A stretch of DNA of 20,000 nt. It comes from Chiloscyllium plagiosum. Its lineage: Eukaryota. Of the stretch, positions 1 to 10,139 are shown in pieces; position 1 is the first letter of the stretch; each line of letters begins with the position of its first letter. The notes beneath the pieces were generated by a model, which made no database searches, was not told the origin of the DNA, and saw nothing but the letters and a program-made list of their open reading frames with translations. The stretch lies in NCBI RefSeq assembly GCF_004010195.1, contig NC_057718.1, forward strand, positions 52,868,508 to 52,888,507, written 5' to 3'. Both the position numbers and the translations under genes were made by a program.

Positions 1-914
1 GGATCCAGTTTGTCAAGTTGACTTCGATCCCATGGCTTTGCAAACTCTGGACAGCCTTCCACCTGGCATTTGTCAAAGGCCTGACTGAACTCCATGTAAA
101 CCAGATCAACTGCACTACTCTCATCAATATATTTAATCACCATTTCAAAAATGCTCAATTCAATTAATCAGATGGATTAATGAATCTGTGTAATGAATCA
201 ATACTGGTTATCCCTGATCAACCCATGCCTTTCCAAATCATGCCCTCCCTCCTATAGCACTCCTTTAGCCCCACGTCCATCTGACCTATCTTCCTATTCC
301 TATACTCAGTAATGAATGGTCTTTTTTATCCATGTTATTGATACAGTCATACATCACGACTGCTGACTGTTCACCCTCCCCTTTCAGAATGCAGTTGCTT
401 TGACACATCCCTGACCTTGGTACCAGAAGGCAACATACCATTCCAGAGTTTCATTTGCTGCTGCCTATCAGTTCCCTGTACAATCAAGTTCACAACCACT
501 ATGGTCTTTTACCTCCTCTGCTGTGCAGCAGCGGCAGCTATGTGCCTGAACCTGGCTGTTGCTGCTATCCCCTGAGAGGCCATCACCCCCCAACAGTTAC
601 AAAAATGTATATCATTTAAGAGGGGACTGGGAACTCCTGCACTGTCTACCTGTGCTTACTAGTCTTTCTAGTGGTCACCCAACTCATTTATGCCTGTGTA
701 GCCTTTACTTACAGTGCCACTAGCTCACTCAATGTGCATCCATGACATCCTCAGCATTATGGATGTTCCATAGTGAATCCATTTGCAGCTTCAGTCACAC
801 AATCAGGAACTGAACACATTTCTTACATATGCAGTCACCATGGACACTGGAAGTGTCCCTGATTTCCCATGTATTGCTGGAGGAACATTCTGCATTGCTG
901 GGTTCTCCTGCCAT
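1..914 (-). mobile_element. Old CR1-clade LINE with ORF1 (Zn-finger-like N-terminus + esterase) joined directly to ORF2 RT by an internal deletion; runs off the window's left edge
   Basis: Minus strand from ATG at 914 reads MAGEPSNAECSSSNTWEIRDTSSVHGDCICKKCVQ (CR1 ORF1 N-terminus with decayed CxxC..CxxC). At about 440-350 it reads MVCC..KVRDVS..ILKGEGEQSAVV (the same esterase block as at 18387). At about 295-245 there is an NRKIGQM..RREG-like stretch. From 240 to 1 it reads LERHGLIRDNQ...IDESSAVDLVYMEFSQAFDK (RT). The 5'UTR may extend to about 1170. Confidence 0.85.
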
Positions 915-2569
915 TGTGAATCTTACCAACTACAAACAATAAACTATGAATCAATTTCTCGGCCTTGCCCGTTACTCTTTCTCTCCCTGTCTCTATTCTT
1001 AACAAACTACAAATAAGAATTTCACGCTCTTTAGTTATCCACTCAGTCTCTAAAGCTAGTTCAGAAGCAATCTACTTGACCTATTTCACTTTTTTTGAAT
1101 TGTGACTTCACCTCTGGAGTTCCTCCACTGGATTCTGCTCTGCTCTGCTCCGACTGATTTTTCTTCAGTACTAAAGAAGGTTTCAGTTGCTGGGTCTTGA
1201 GAATTTGATCAGATCTTCCTCAAGCCTTCTTATAAACAAGCTCAGACTTTCAAAGTATTTAAACTAAACACTTCTGATCTGGAACTTCCAAATCAAAATG
1301 TTTACACTGAGATAACCTGTTTCTTAACAATTCTAAACCATCTCCCTTTTTCTAAGGTATAGGTATAGGGTCTTTTTACCCTAAAAAGAAATTTCCAATG
1401 TCTGATCTGGTAAAATGAAAGACCAGTGCACAACTGTTTATTTTATTCACTTGCAAAAACTCTCTCAAAGTGAACAAATTGCACTGATCCTCTATTTAAA
1501 TCACCATGGCTACATAAATACTTAAAAGTTAGTCATAAACTCCATCCAGACAGAAAGAGCAAATACCACATGCCACTACCTCAAATCCAAACTCTGAAAT
1601 AAATTATAATAAAATATCCAGAAATCAAACAATTTATATTACACTCAAATATAAGAGGTGAAAATGTTACAATGTGATGAGGCAGTCTTTGGGATTGTGG
1701 GAGGGTTCCCCTTAGCATTTTAACCAAACTGGACCGGGGATTGTGATATACCATAATATCTAACCCAATATTTCAGTTAGGATTATTTAGTCTCAATGGT
1801 TTATAATGATCTTAAGTGCACGACAGGAGTGTTGGCATGGCACTCAAATAAATATAAATTGTCACACAAAATCCTATCAAATGTCTACTGGATACTCTAA
1901 CCATAGCAAACAGGATATAACATTTATTTGTCATTGACAACAAAATCCAGACCATTGCTATTATGCTGGACAGTAAAATATGGGACTTGGAGTACTGAGT
2001 GATTTCAAAGAACTTATCAAATAAACCACTGAAAAAAAAACCTCTTAAATTCATTTTTGAGCATCTCAGAAAGAAATTTCAGCTTATTCCTTAATTTACA
2101 GGAATTCAGTCATTGCATGAATTGTAGAAATACAATTTAGTGGAACTTAATTATTCTGCAAATCAAGTAGCTAGACACATAATTTTTTTTAATGTATACT
2201 TGAAATTCTTTTGAAGGATAGACACTGGCTTTGAAGCTCAATGTGCCAAATAAAAGTGATTGACTGAGCAATGCCACTATGTACAGCTTAGAAATACAAA
2301 GGTAGGGGATAAACACACAAAGTGCTGATGAGGACTGGAAAAATACATCACTTATGTTTGTGCAATTTGATACAATTCCAGCCCACTATAGGCATCAGAC
2401 AAATTCAATCCTCACCTGGCCCCAAGCACATTTAATTTAATTGATTTTTTTGATCAAAAACAAGCAGCTTTCTTCATGCTGCTCATCCTAATGAGCGTTC
2501 AGGCTATGTTCCTGTGGTATATTTTATCTCCACTGCTGATCTATTGACCTATTTGGTATTTTTCTTCCC

Positions 2570-2825
2570 ATTTGCTTTAGGCCAATCTCCTTTTATCTGA
2601 ACTGAACATTGCACTTTACCAGTGCAGCTACCTTATCTTTGACCATTCATTATCCTTTATTGCTTTTACATGAAATCTAATTATGTTGTGGTCACTTTGT
2701 CCCAATCGTTCCCTTACTCTTACAACATCAATTGTCTCACATCATTTCCCAGAACTAAATAAAATAAAGTTTCTTTCCTTGTTTTCTGGAGGCCTACTGA
2801 TCCAAGGACGAGTCCAGGAGCTGTG
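2570..2825 (-). mobile_element. Old CR1 LINE fragment, C-terminal part of the APE endonuclease
   Basis: Minus strand reads, with frameshifts, SLDQ..RKETLFYLVLGNDVRQ..VRVRERLGQSDHNIIRF. This matches FLTQYVDRPTRGEATLDLVLDNEPGQV..GEHFGDSDHNSVMF in the copy at 19183-19533. Confidence 0.75.
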
Positions 2826-3480
2826 CTAAAACAAAATCCATTTTGAATCTGCACCGTAATTTTTTCTTTCTGTTTTGTAATAATTATTTTCGCTCAATGT
2901 TCTGTGGTTCTTATTTATCAATGGCTACCAATTTCAATCTTTTTTTCATTTTGATGGTTTCATGGCCAATATGCAATTTGAGGATTATGCAACATTTCCC
3001 TCATTTTGGTGCTATTGACAGAGATTATCTGTCATTAGAGCACATAGTAAATTCTACATTCTGGTGCTATGATCAAATTCTTCATCAATCTCTTCACTAC
3101 TGATGTAGTTTGTTGGGTTAAAAACTACTGTGAGTATGATTTAGTTGGAGCATTTCTCTTTATGTTAGCTCATGTAACATATATCACAATTGGATTTTTT
3201 TTTAGACAGATATCTTGCAGTTCATTAACAACTCTAACCATTTACACTGTATCACAAATGTTGGCATGTATATCACAAATATACATGGTCTGGATAGTGT
3301 ACTTACCGATGTTACTGTACCTTATGTACTGACTGACTCAACACATGCTTTGACTCTGTTACACAGTGAGTGACTGAAAGCAAGGTGAGTATTTTTATAG
3401 TGTAATGCCAACTGTTATGATGTCGTGTAACTGTCTTAAAGGTATAATTCATTTGGAATCTATGCAATAACACGACAGAA

Positions 3481-6166
3481 AGTGGCATTTTTAATAAGAG
3501 ATAACATTACAGCTGTACTGAGGGAGAATACGCCTGACAGTAAGTCCAGGGAAGTTATTTGGGTAGAACTGAGAAATACAAAAGGGACTATTACTTTGTT
3601 GGGATTGTATTATAGATCCCTAAATAGTCAGTGGGAAATTGAGACACAAATTTATAAGGAGATCTCAGTTATCTCTATTCCTGATGAAGGGCTTTTCTCT
3701 ATTTTCCTGCTCCTCGAATGCTGCCTGACCTGCTGTGCTTTTCCAGCACCACTATAATCTAGACTCTGATTTCCAGCATCTGCAGTCCTTGTTTTTACAC
3801 TGTAAGAATAATAGGGTGGTTATGGGGCAGGAATTTCAACTTTCCAAACACAGACTGGGACTGCCATAGTGTTAAGGGTTTAGCTGGAGAGGAATTTGTT
3901 AAGTGCGTACGAGATAACTTTCTGATTCTGTATGTGGATGTAACTACAAGAGAAAGTGCAAAACTTGGCCTACTCTTGAGAAATAAGGTGGGGGCAAATG
4001 ACTGACTGGTCAGTGGAGGAACACTTTGGGGCCAGCGAGCATAATTCTACTCGTTTTAAAATAGTGATGGAAAAAGATAGACAGAATCTAAAAGTTAAAG
4101 TTCTAAGTTGGAGGAAGGCCAATTTTGACAATATTAGGCAAGAACTTTCAAAAGTTGATTGGATGCGAATGTTCACAGGAATAGGGACTGCTGGAAAACT
4201 GTCTTCATAACAAGAGCCCAGAGACAGGATGTTCTTGTTATGGTGAAAGGCGAGGCTGGTAGGTGTAGTCAACGCTGGATGACTAGAGAAATTGAGGTTT
4301 TGGTCAAGAGAAAGAAGGAAGCACATGTCAGCTACAGACAGCAGAGATCGAGTGAATCCTTAGAAGTGTATAAAGACAATTGGAGTGTACTTAAGAGGTA
4401 AATCAGGAGGTCAAAAACTGGACATGAGACAGCTTTGGCAGATAGAGTTAAGGAGAATCCAAAGGGCTTTTATGAACACATTAAGAACAAAATGATAACC
4501 CAGAAGAGAACAGGTCCTCTCAAAGATCAGCAAGGCAGCCTATGTGTGGAGCCACAGGAGATGGGGTAGATACTAAATTAGTATTTTGCATTGGTGTTTA
4601 CTGTGGAGAAGAATGTGGAAGGTACAGAATTGGGGAAAAGGATGGTGACCTCTTGAAAAATGTCCATATTACAGAGGAGGTGGTGCTGGATAAAGGTGGA
4701 CAAATTCCCAGGACCTGATCAGATGTACCCTAGAACTCTGAAAAAAGTTAGGGAAGTGATTGCTAGGCCCCTTGCAGAGGTATTTGTGTCATCAATAGTC
4801 ACAGGTGAGGTGCTGGAAGACTGGAGGTTGGCTAATGTGGTACCACTATTTAAGAAAGGGGTTAAGAAAAAGCCAGACAACTGTAGACTGTTGAGCCTGA
4901 CATTGGTGGTGGGCAAGTTGTTGGAGAGAATGCTGAGAGGGATTTACATGTATTTGGATAGGCAAGGAATGATGAGGGATAGTCAAAATGGCATGGGAAA
5001 TCCTGTTGTACTAACTTGATTGAGTTTTTTTGAAGAAGATTTTGAGGGCAGAATGGTAGATATGTTCTATATGGACTTCAGTAAGGCATCCGAAAAGGTT
5101 CCTCACAGTAGATTGGTTAGCAGTTTTAACTCACATAGAATACAGGGAGAATTAGCCATTTGGATATAGAACTGGTTCGAAGGTAGAAGACAGAGGGTAG
5201 TGGAAGAGGGTTGCTTTTCAGACTAGAGACCTGTGACCAATAATGTACCACAAGAATTGGTGCTGGAGCCACTTCTTTTCATCATTTATATAAACAAGTT
5301 GGATATGAAAATAAGAGGTTTTGGTAGTAGGTTTGCAGATAGCACCAAAATTGGCACTGTAATGAACAGCAAAGAAGATTACCTGAGAGTACAACTGGAT
5401 CCTAACCAGATGGGCCAGTGGGCTGAGGAGTGGCAGATGGAGTCTAAGTTAGATAATTATGAGGTGCTGCATTTTGAAAAGGCCAATCAGGACACTTAAT
5501 GGCAAAGTCCTGGGCAGTGTTGCTGAACAAAGAGACCTTGGAGTGCAGGTTCATAGTTCCTTGAAAGTGGAGAAAGTGCTTGGTATGCTTTCCTTTATTG
5601 ATCCAAGCTTTGAGTATAGGAATTGAAAAGTCATGTTGTGGCTATACAGGATATTGGTTCAGCCACTTTTGGAATATTGTGTGCAGTTTTGGTCTCCCTC
5701 CTATTGGAAGGATGTTGTGAAACTTGAAAAGGTTCAGCAAAGATTTACATGGATGTTGCCAGGGTTGGAGGGTTTGAGTGATGGGGAGAGGCTGAACAGG
5801 CTGGGGCTGTTTTTCCTGGAACATCAAAGTCTGAAAGGTGACCTTATAGAGGTTTATAAAATCATGAGGGACATGGATAGGGTAGATAGACAAAGTCTTT
5901 TCCCTGGGGTGGGGGAGTCCAGAAATAGAGGGCATAGGTTTAGGGTGAGAGGAAAAACATTTAAAAGGGACCTAAGGGACAGCTTTTTCACTCAGAGGGT
6001 GGTGCGTGTATAGAATGAGCTGCCACAGGAAGTGGTAGAGGCTGGTACAATTACAACATTTAAAAGGATCTGGATGAGTATATGAATAGGAAGAGTTTAG
6101 AGAGATACTGGCAAATGGGACTAGATTAATTTAGGATATCTGTTCGGCATGGTCAAGTTGGACTGA
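3481..6166 (+). mobile_element. 5'-truncated, degraded CR1 LINE (ORF2 APE endonuclease + reverse transcriptase); terminal microsatellite tail missing
   Basis: ORF pieces: EVIWVELRN..TLLGLYYR (EN), HFGASEHN, KFPGPDQMYPRTLK..DWRLANVVPLFKKG, NVPQELVLEPLLFII..RFADSTKIG (catalytic F/YADD decayed to FADS), LEYCVQFWSP..RGHRFRVRG..FFTQRVVRV. Many stops and frameshifts. Confidence 0.95.
3675..3799 (+). mobile_element. ~125-bp Penelope-like terminal (pLTR) fragment inserted into the CR1 endonuclease region; contains a hammerhead 5' core CTGATGA
   Basis: Removing 3675-3799 restores GAGATCTCAGTTATC|TGTAAGAATAATAGGGTGGTT (EISVI-CKNNRVV) of the CR1. The insert reads TTCCTGATGAAGGGCTTTT...GCTGCCTGACCTGCTGTGCTTTTCCAGCACC...CCAGCATCTGCAGTCC and resembles, from memory, chondrichthyan Penelope termini. 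Confidence 0.7.
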
Positions 6167-6400
6167 GTGCTGAGTGCTATCAGCATACTTCTGGAACCTG
6201 CCCTCTGATGATGTCTCCAAGGGACAGTATGTACTTCAGAATAGATGCTATCAAAGATGGCTCCAGGGTTAATGCTGCAACATTGGATTAAAGAACGATT
6301 CTTGGTAGAGTTCTTGTGAAAAGATAGTGTGGTCATCATGTTAAAGTCTGCTGACAGTTTGAGAGGATGAAGAGGGATGGAACATACATGTACAGGGATT
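6165..6400 (-). mobile_element. Ancient L2-clade LINE RT fragment
   Basis: Minus strand has TAC ATA CTG TCC CTT GGA GAC ATC ATC AGA (YILSLGDIIR) and, after a frameshift, TAT GCT GAT AGC ACT CAG (YADSTQ). These match the L2 motif IYMLPLGDII...YADDTQL. The right boundary is approximate. Confidence 0.6.
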
Positions 6401-6640
6401 TTATCAGCGGTATTTGATGCCCAAAGTCATTGTTATGATGAGGTGAGAAGAAGGCATAAGCTCCACAGTTTTTAAACTCCTCTCGGCTGATTACAGGTAG
6501 ATGTACAATTATTAGAATTCAATTAAAATGTTATTTCCTAGTACATGTAGGAACAAATTACTAAGATTTCTTCAGTGAAACAAAGAAGAATTTTATTATA
6601 CACCAACCCTGTGAAAAACTAATGAAGTTGCATTATCAAA

Positions 6641-6654
6641 CACACACACACACA
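6641..6654. repeat. (CA)7 microsatellite
   Basis: cacacacacacaca is seen directly. Confidence 0.9.
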
Positions 6655-6876
6655 AATGCAGGTAATAAGTTTAAAAGTAAGACTACCTGGTATAGGCAGG
6701 AAGAAATAAGGATACACAGTTTAATAGTCCTTGAAGTTTTGATGCGTTGGCTTTTAAACCTAAGGCTACAGATGATTAATTGTTGACCTGCATCTGCAGC
6801 AATAACAACAGGTTACTTTTTCACTGAGCACATTTTCCAAAATGATGAGAGAACCAGATAGGGCAAGAGAGAGAAA

Positions 6877-7282
6877 TCCTGACGTCTTTGATTGTGTTTT
6901 TGGGATCCCTGCAGGGGAGGGGGAGCAGCCCCAAGTCATGATCCACATAGGTACCAATGACATAGGTAGGAAGAGAGATGGGGATTTAAGGCAGAAATTC
7001 AGGGAGCTAGGGTGGAAACTTAGAGCTAGAACAAACAGAGTTGTTATATCTGGTTTGTTGCCAGTGCCATGTGCTAGCGAGGCGAGGAACAGGGAGAGAG
7101 AGGAATTGAACACGTGGCTACAGTGATGATGCAGGAGGGAGGGTTTTGGATTCTTGGATATTTGGAGCTCTTTTTAGAGTAGATGGGACCTCTACAAATT
7201 GGATGATCTTCACCTGAACTAGAGGCGTACCAATATCGTGGGGAGGAAATTTGCTAATGCTCTTCAAGTGGGTTTAAACTAA
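6877..7282 (+). pseudogene. CR1 ORF1 SGNH/GDSL esterase domain remnant
   Basis: QPQVMIHIGTNDIG (block III GxND), VVISGLLPVP, and DDLHL at about 7202-7216 (block V DxxH), with premature stops at 7124 onward. Confidence 0.85.
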
Positions 7283-7398
7283 TTCAGCAGGGGGATAGGA
7301 ACCAAAATTGTAGTTCCAGTTTCCAGGAGGTTGAGAATAGTGAAGTCAGAAATAATGTTTCTAGATCGCAAGAGTGCACCAGCAAGCAAAAGGTTGAT

Positions 7399-10139
7399 TT
7401 GAACTGTGTCTATTTTAACACCAGGAGCATCCGGAATAAGGTAGGTGAATTTGCAGCATGGGTCGGTACCTGGGATTTAGATGGTATGGCCATTTCAGAG
7501 ACATGGGTAGAGCAGGGGCAGGGATGGTTATTGCAGGTTCCGGGATTTAGATGTTTCAGTAAGAACAGAGAAGGTGGTAAAAGAGGTGGGAGTGTGGCAT
7601 TGTTAGTCAAGGACAGTATTAACAGCTGCAAAAAGGACATTTGAGGACTCATCAACTGAGGTAGTATGGGCTGAGGTGAGAAACAGGAAAGGAGAGGTCA
7701 CCCTGTTGGGAGTTTTCTGTAGGCCTCCAAATAGTTCCAAAGATTTAGAGGAAAGGCTAGCAAAGATGATTCGCGATAGGAGCGAGAGTGACAGGGTAGT
7801 TGTTATGGAGGACTTGAACTTCCCAAATATTGATTGGAATACTATAGTTCAAGTAGTTTGGATGGGTCATCCTTTGTCCATTGTGTGCAGGAGGTTTTCT
7901 GACACAAGATGTAGACAGACCAACGAGGAGTGAGGCCACATTAGATTTGGTACTGGCTAATGAACCGGGTCAGGTGTTAAAATTGGAGGTAGGTGAGCAC
8001 TTTGATGATAGTGACCACAATTCAGTTAGGTTTACTTTAGCGATGGAAAGGGATAGGTATATACTGCAGGGCAAGAGTTATAGTTGGGGGAAAGGTAATT
8101 ATGGTGTGATTAGACAACATTTAGGATGCACAGGATGGGAAACAAAACTGCAGGAGATGGGCACAATAGAAATATGGAGCTTATTCAAGGAACAGCTACT
8201 GTGGATCCTTGATAAGTATATACCTGTCAAATAGGGAGGAACTTGTCAAGTGCAGGAGCCATGGTTTACGAAGGAAGTTGAAACTCTTGTCAAGAGGAGT
8301 AAGAAGGCTTATGTTAGGATGAGATGTGGAGGCTCAGTTAGGGCGATTGAGAGTTACAAGGTAGCCAGGAAAGACCTAAAGAGAGAGCTAAGATGAGCGA
8401 GGAAGGGACATGAGGGGACATGTTGGCAGATAGCATCAGTGAAAATTCGAAAGCTTCCTATAGGTATATAGGGATAAAAGAATGACTAGAGTAAGAGTAG
8501 GACCAATAAAGGACAGTCATGGGAAGTTGTGTATGGATTCAGAGGAGATAGGAGAAGTGCTAAATGAATATTTTTCATCAGTATTCACACTGGAAAAAGA
8601 CAATGTTGTCGAGGAGAATATTGAGAAACAGGCTAATAGACTAGATGGGATTGAGGTTCACAAAAAGGAGGTGTTAGAACTTCTGGAAAGTGTGAAAATA
8701 GATAAATCCCCTGGGCCAGATGGGATTTATCCAAAGATTCTCTGGGAAGCTAGGGAGGAGATTGCCGAGCCTTTGGCTTTGATCTTTATGTCATCATTGT
8801 CTGCAGAAATAATACCAGAAGACTGGAGGACAGCAAATGTTGTTCCCTTGTTCAGGAAAGAGAGTAGAGACACCTTGGTATTATAGACCAGTGAGCCTTA
8901 CTTCGGTTGTGGATAAAGTGTTGGAAAAGGTTACAAGAGATAGGATTTATAATCATCTCGATAAGAATAAGTTGATTAGGCATCGTCGACATGGATTAGT
9001 GAGGGGTAGGTTGTCTCTCACAAACCTTACTAAGTTCTTTGAGAAGGTAACAAAACAGGCGGATGAGGATAAAGCCATTGATGAGGTGTATATGGATATC
9101 AGTAAAGCGTTTGATAAGTGTCCCAAGGGAGGCGACAGCACAAAATACAGAGGCATGGGATTGAGGGTGATTTAGCGGTTTGGATCAGAAATTGCCTAGC
9201 TGAAAGAAGATAGAGGGTGGTGGTTGATGGGAAATGTTCATCCTGGAGTTCAGTTACTAGTGGTGTACCGCAAAGATCTGTTTTGGTCCACTGCTATTTG
9301 TCATTTTTATAAACAACCTGGGTGAGGGAATAGAAGGATGTGTTAGTCAATTAGCGGACAACACTACGGTCGGTACAGTTGTGGGTGGTGCCAAAGGATG
9401 TTGTAGGTTACCGAGGGATATGGAGTAGCAGCAGAGCTGGACTCAGAGGTGGCAAATGGAGTTTAATGCAGAAAAGTGTGAAATGATTCACTCTGGAAGG
9501 AGTAACATGAATGTAGAGTACTGGGTGAATGGTAAGATTCTCGGTAGTATAGATGAGCAGAGAGATCTCGATGTCCATGTTCATAGATTCCTCAAAGTTG
9601 CCACCCAGGTTGATAGGGCTGTTAAGAACGCATAGTGTGTTAGCTTTTATTAGTAGAGGGATCGAGTTTCGAAATCATGAGGTCATGCTGCAGCTATACA
9701 AACCTCTGGTGTGGCTGCACTTGGAGTATTGTGCACAGTTCTGGTCACTGTGTTATAGGAAGAATGTGGAAGCTTTGGAAAGGGTGCAGAGGAGATTTAC
9801 TCGGATGTTGCCTGGTATGGAGGGAAGGTCTCACAAGGAAAGGCTGAGGGACTTGAGGCTGTTTTCGTTCCAGAGAAGAAGGTTGAGACGTGACGTAATT
9901 GAAAGGGTTAGATCGAGTTGGCAGTGAGAGCCTTTTCCCTCAGATGGTATTTGCTAGCAGGAGGGGTCATAGCTTCAAATTGAGGGGTGAGATATAGGAC
10001 AGATGTCAGAGGTAGTTTCTTTACTCAGAGTGTCGTAGGGGCATGGAACACACTGCCTGCAACAGTTGTAGACTTGCCAACTTTATGGGCATTTAAATGG
10101 ACATTGGATAGGCATATGAGCGAGAATGGAATAATGTAG
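7399..10139 (+). pseudogene. CR1 ORF2 (endonuclease-RT) remnant
   Basis: Consecutive ORF-track fragments at 7399, 7676, 7881, 8482, 8837 and 9553 tile a single EN-RT polypeptide across frameshifts. Confidence 0.92.

Noticed and set aside
1180..2050. Possible solo-LTR-like segments (GTTACA/TGTGAT edges near 1670; also 6545-6870)
   Set aside because: No paired LTR, PBS, PPT or TSD could be identified.
1812..3332. Hydrophobic short ORFs (1812-2054, 2843-3103, 3069-3332) as membrane peptides
   Set aside because: F/L/I-rich translations are expected from T-rich DNA, and there are no recognisable domains.
3970..9156. Minus-strand ORFs 3970-4326, 4719-4916, 5642-5935, 6766-7113, 7410-7655, 7757-7939 and 8953-9156
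   Set aside because: They are antisense shadows of plus-strand CR1 sequence.
3481..10139. RT ORFs as an active retroelement, a domesticated gene or a prokaryotic RT system (retron, DGR, group II intron)
   Set aside because: The motifs are CR1 APE-RT. The frames are broken many times and the catalytic DD is mutated (FADS, LADN). There are no operon or prokaryotic features.
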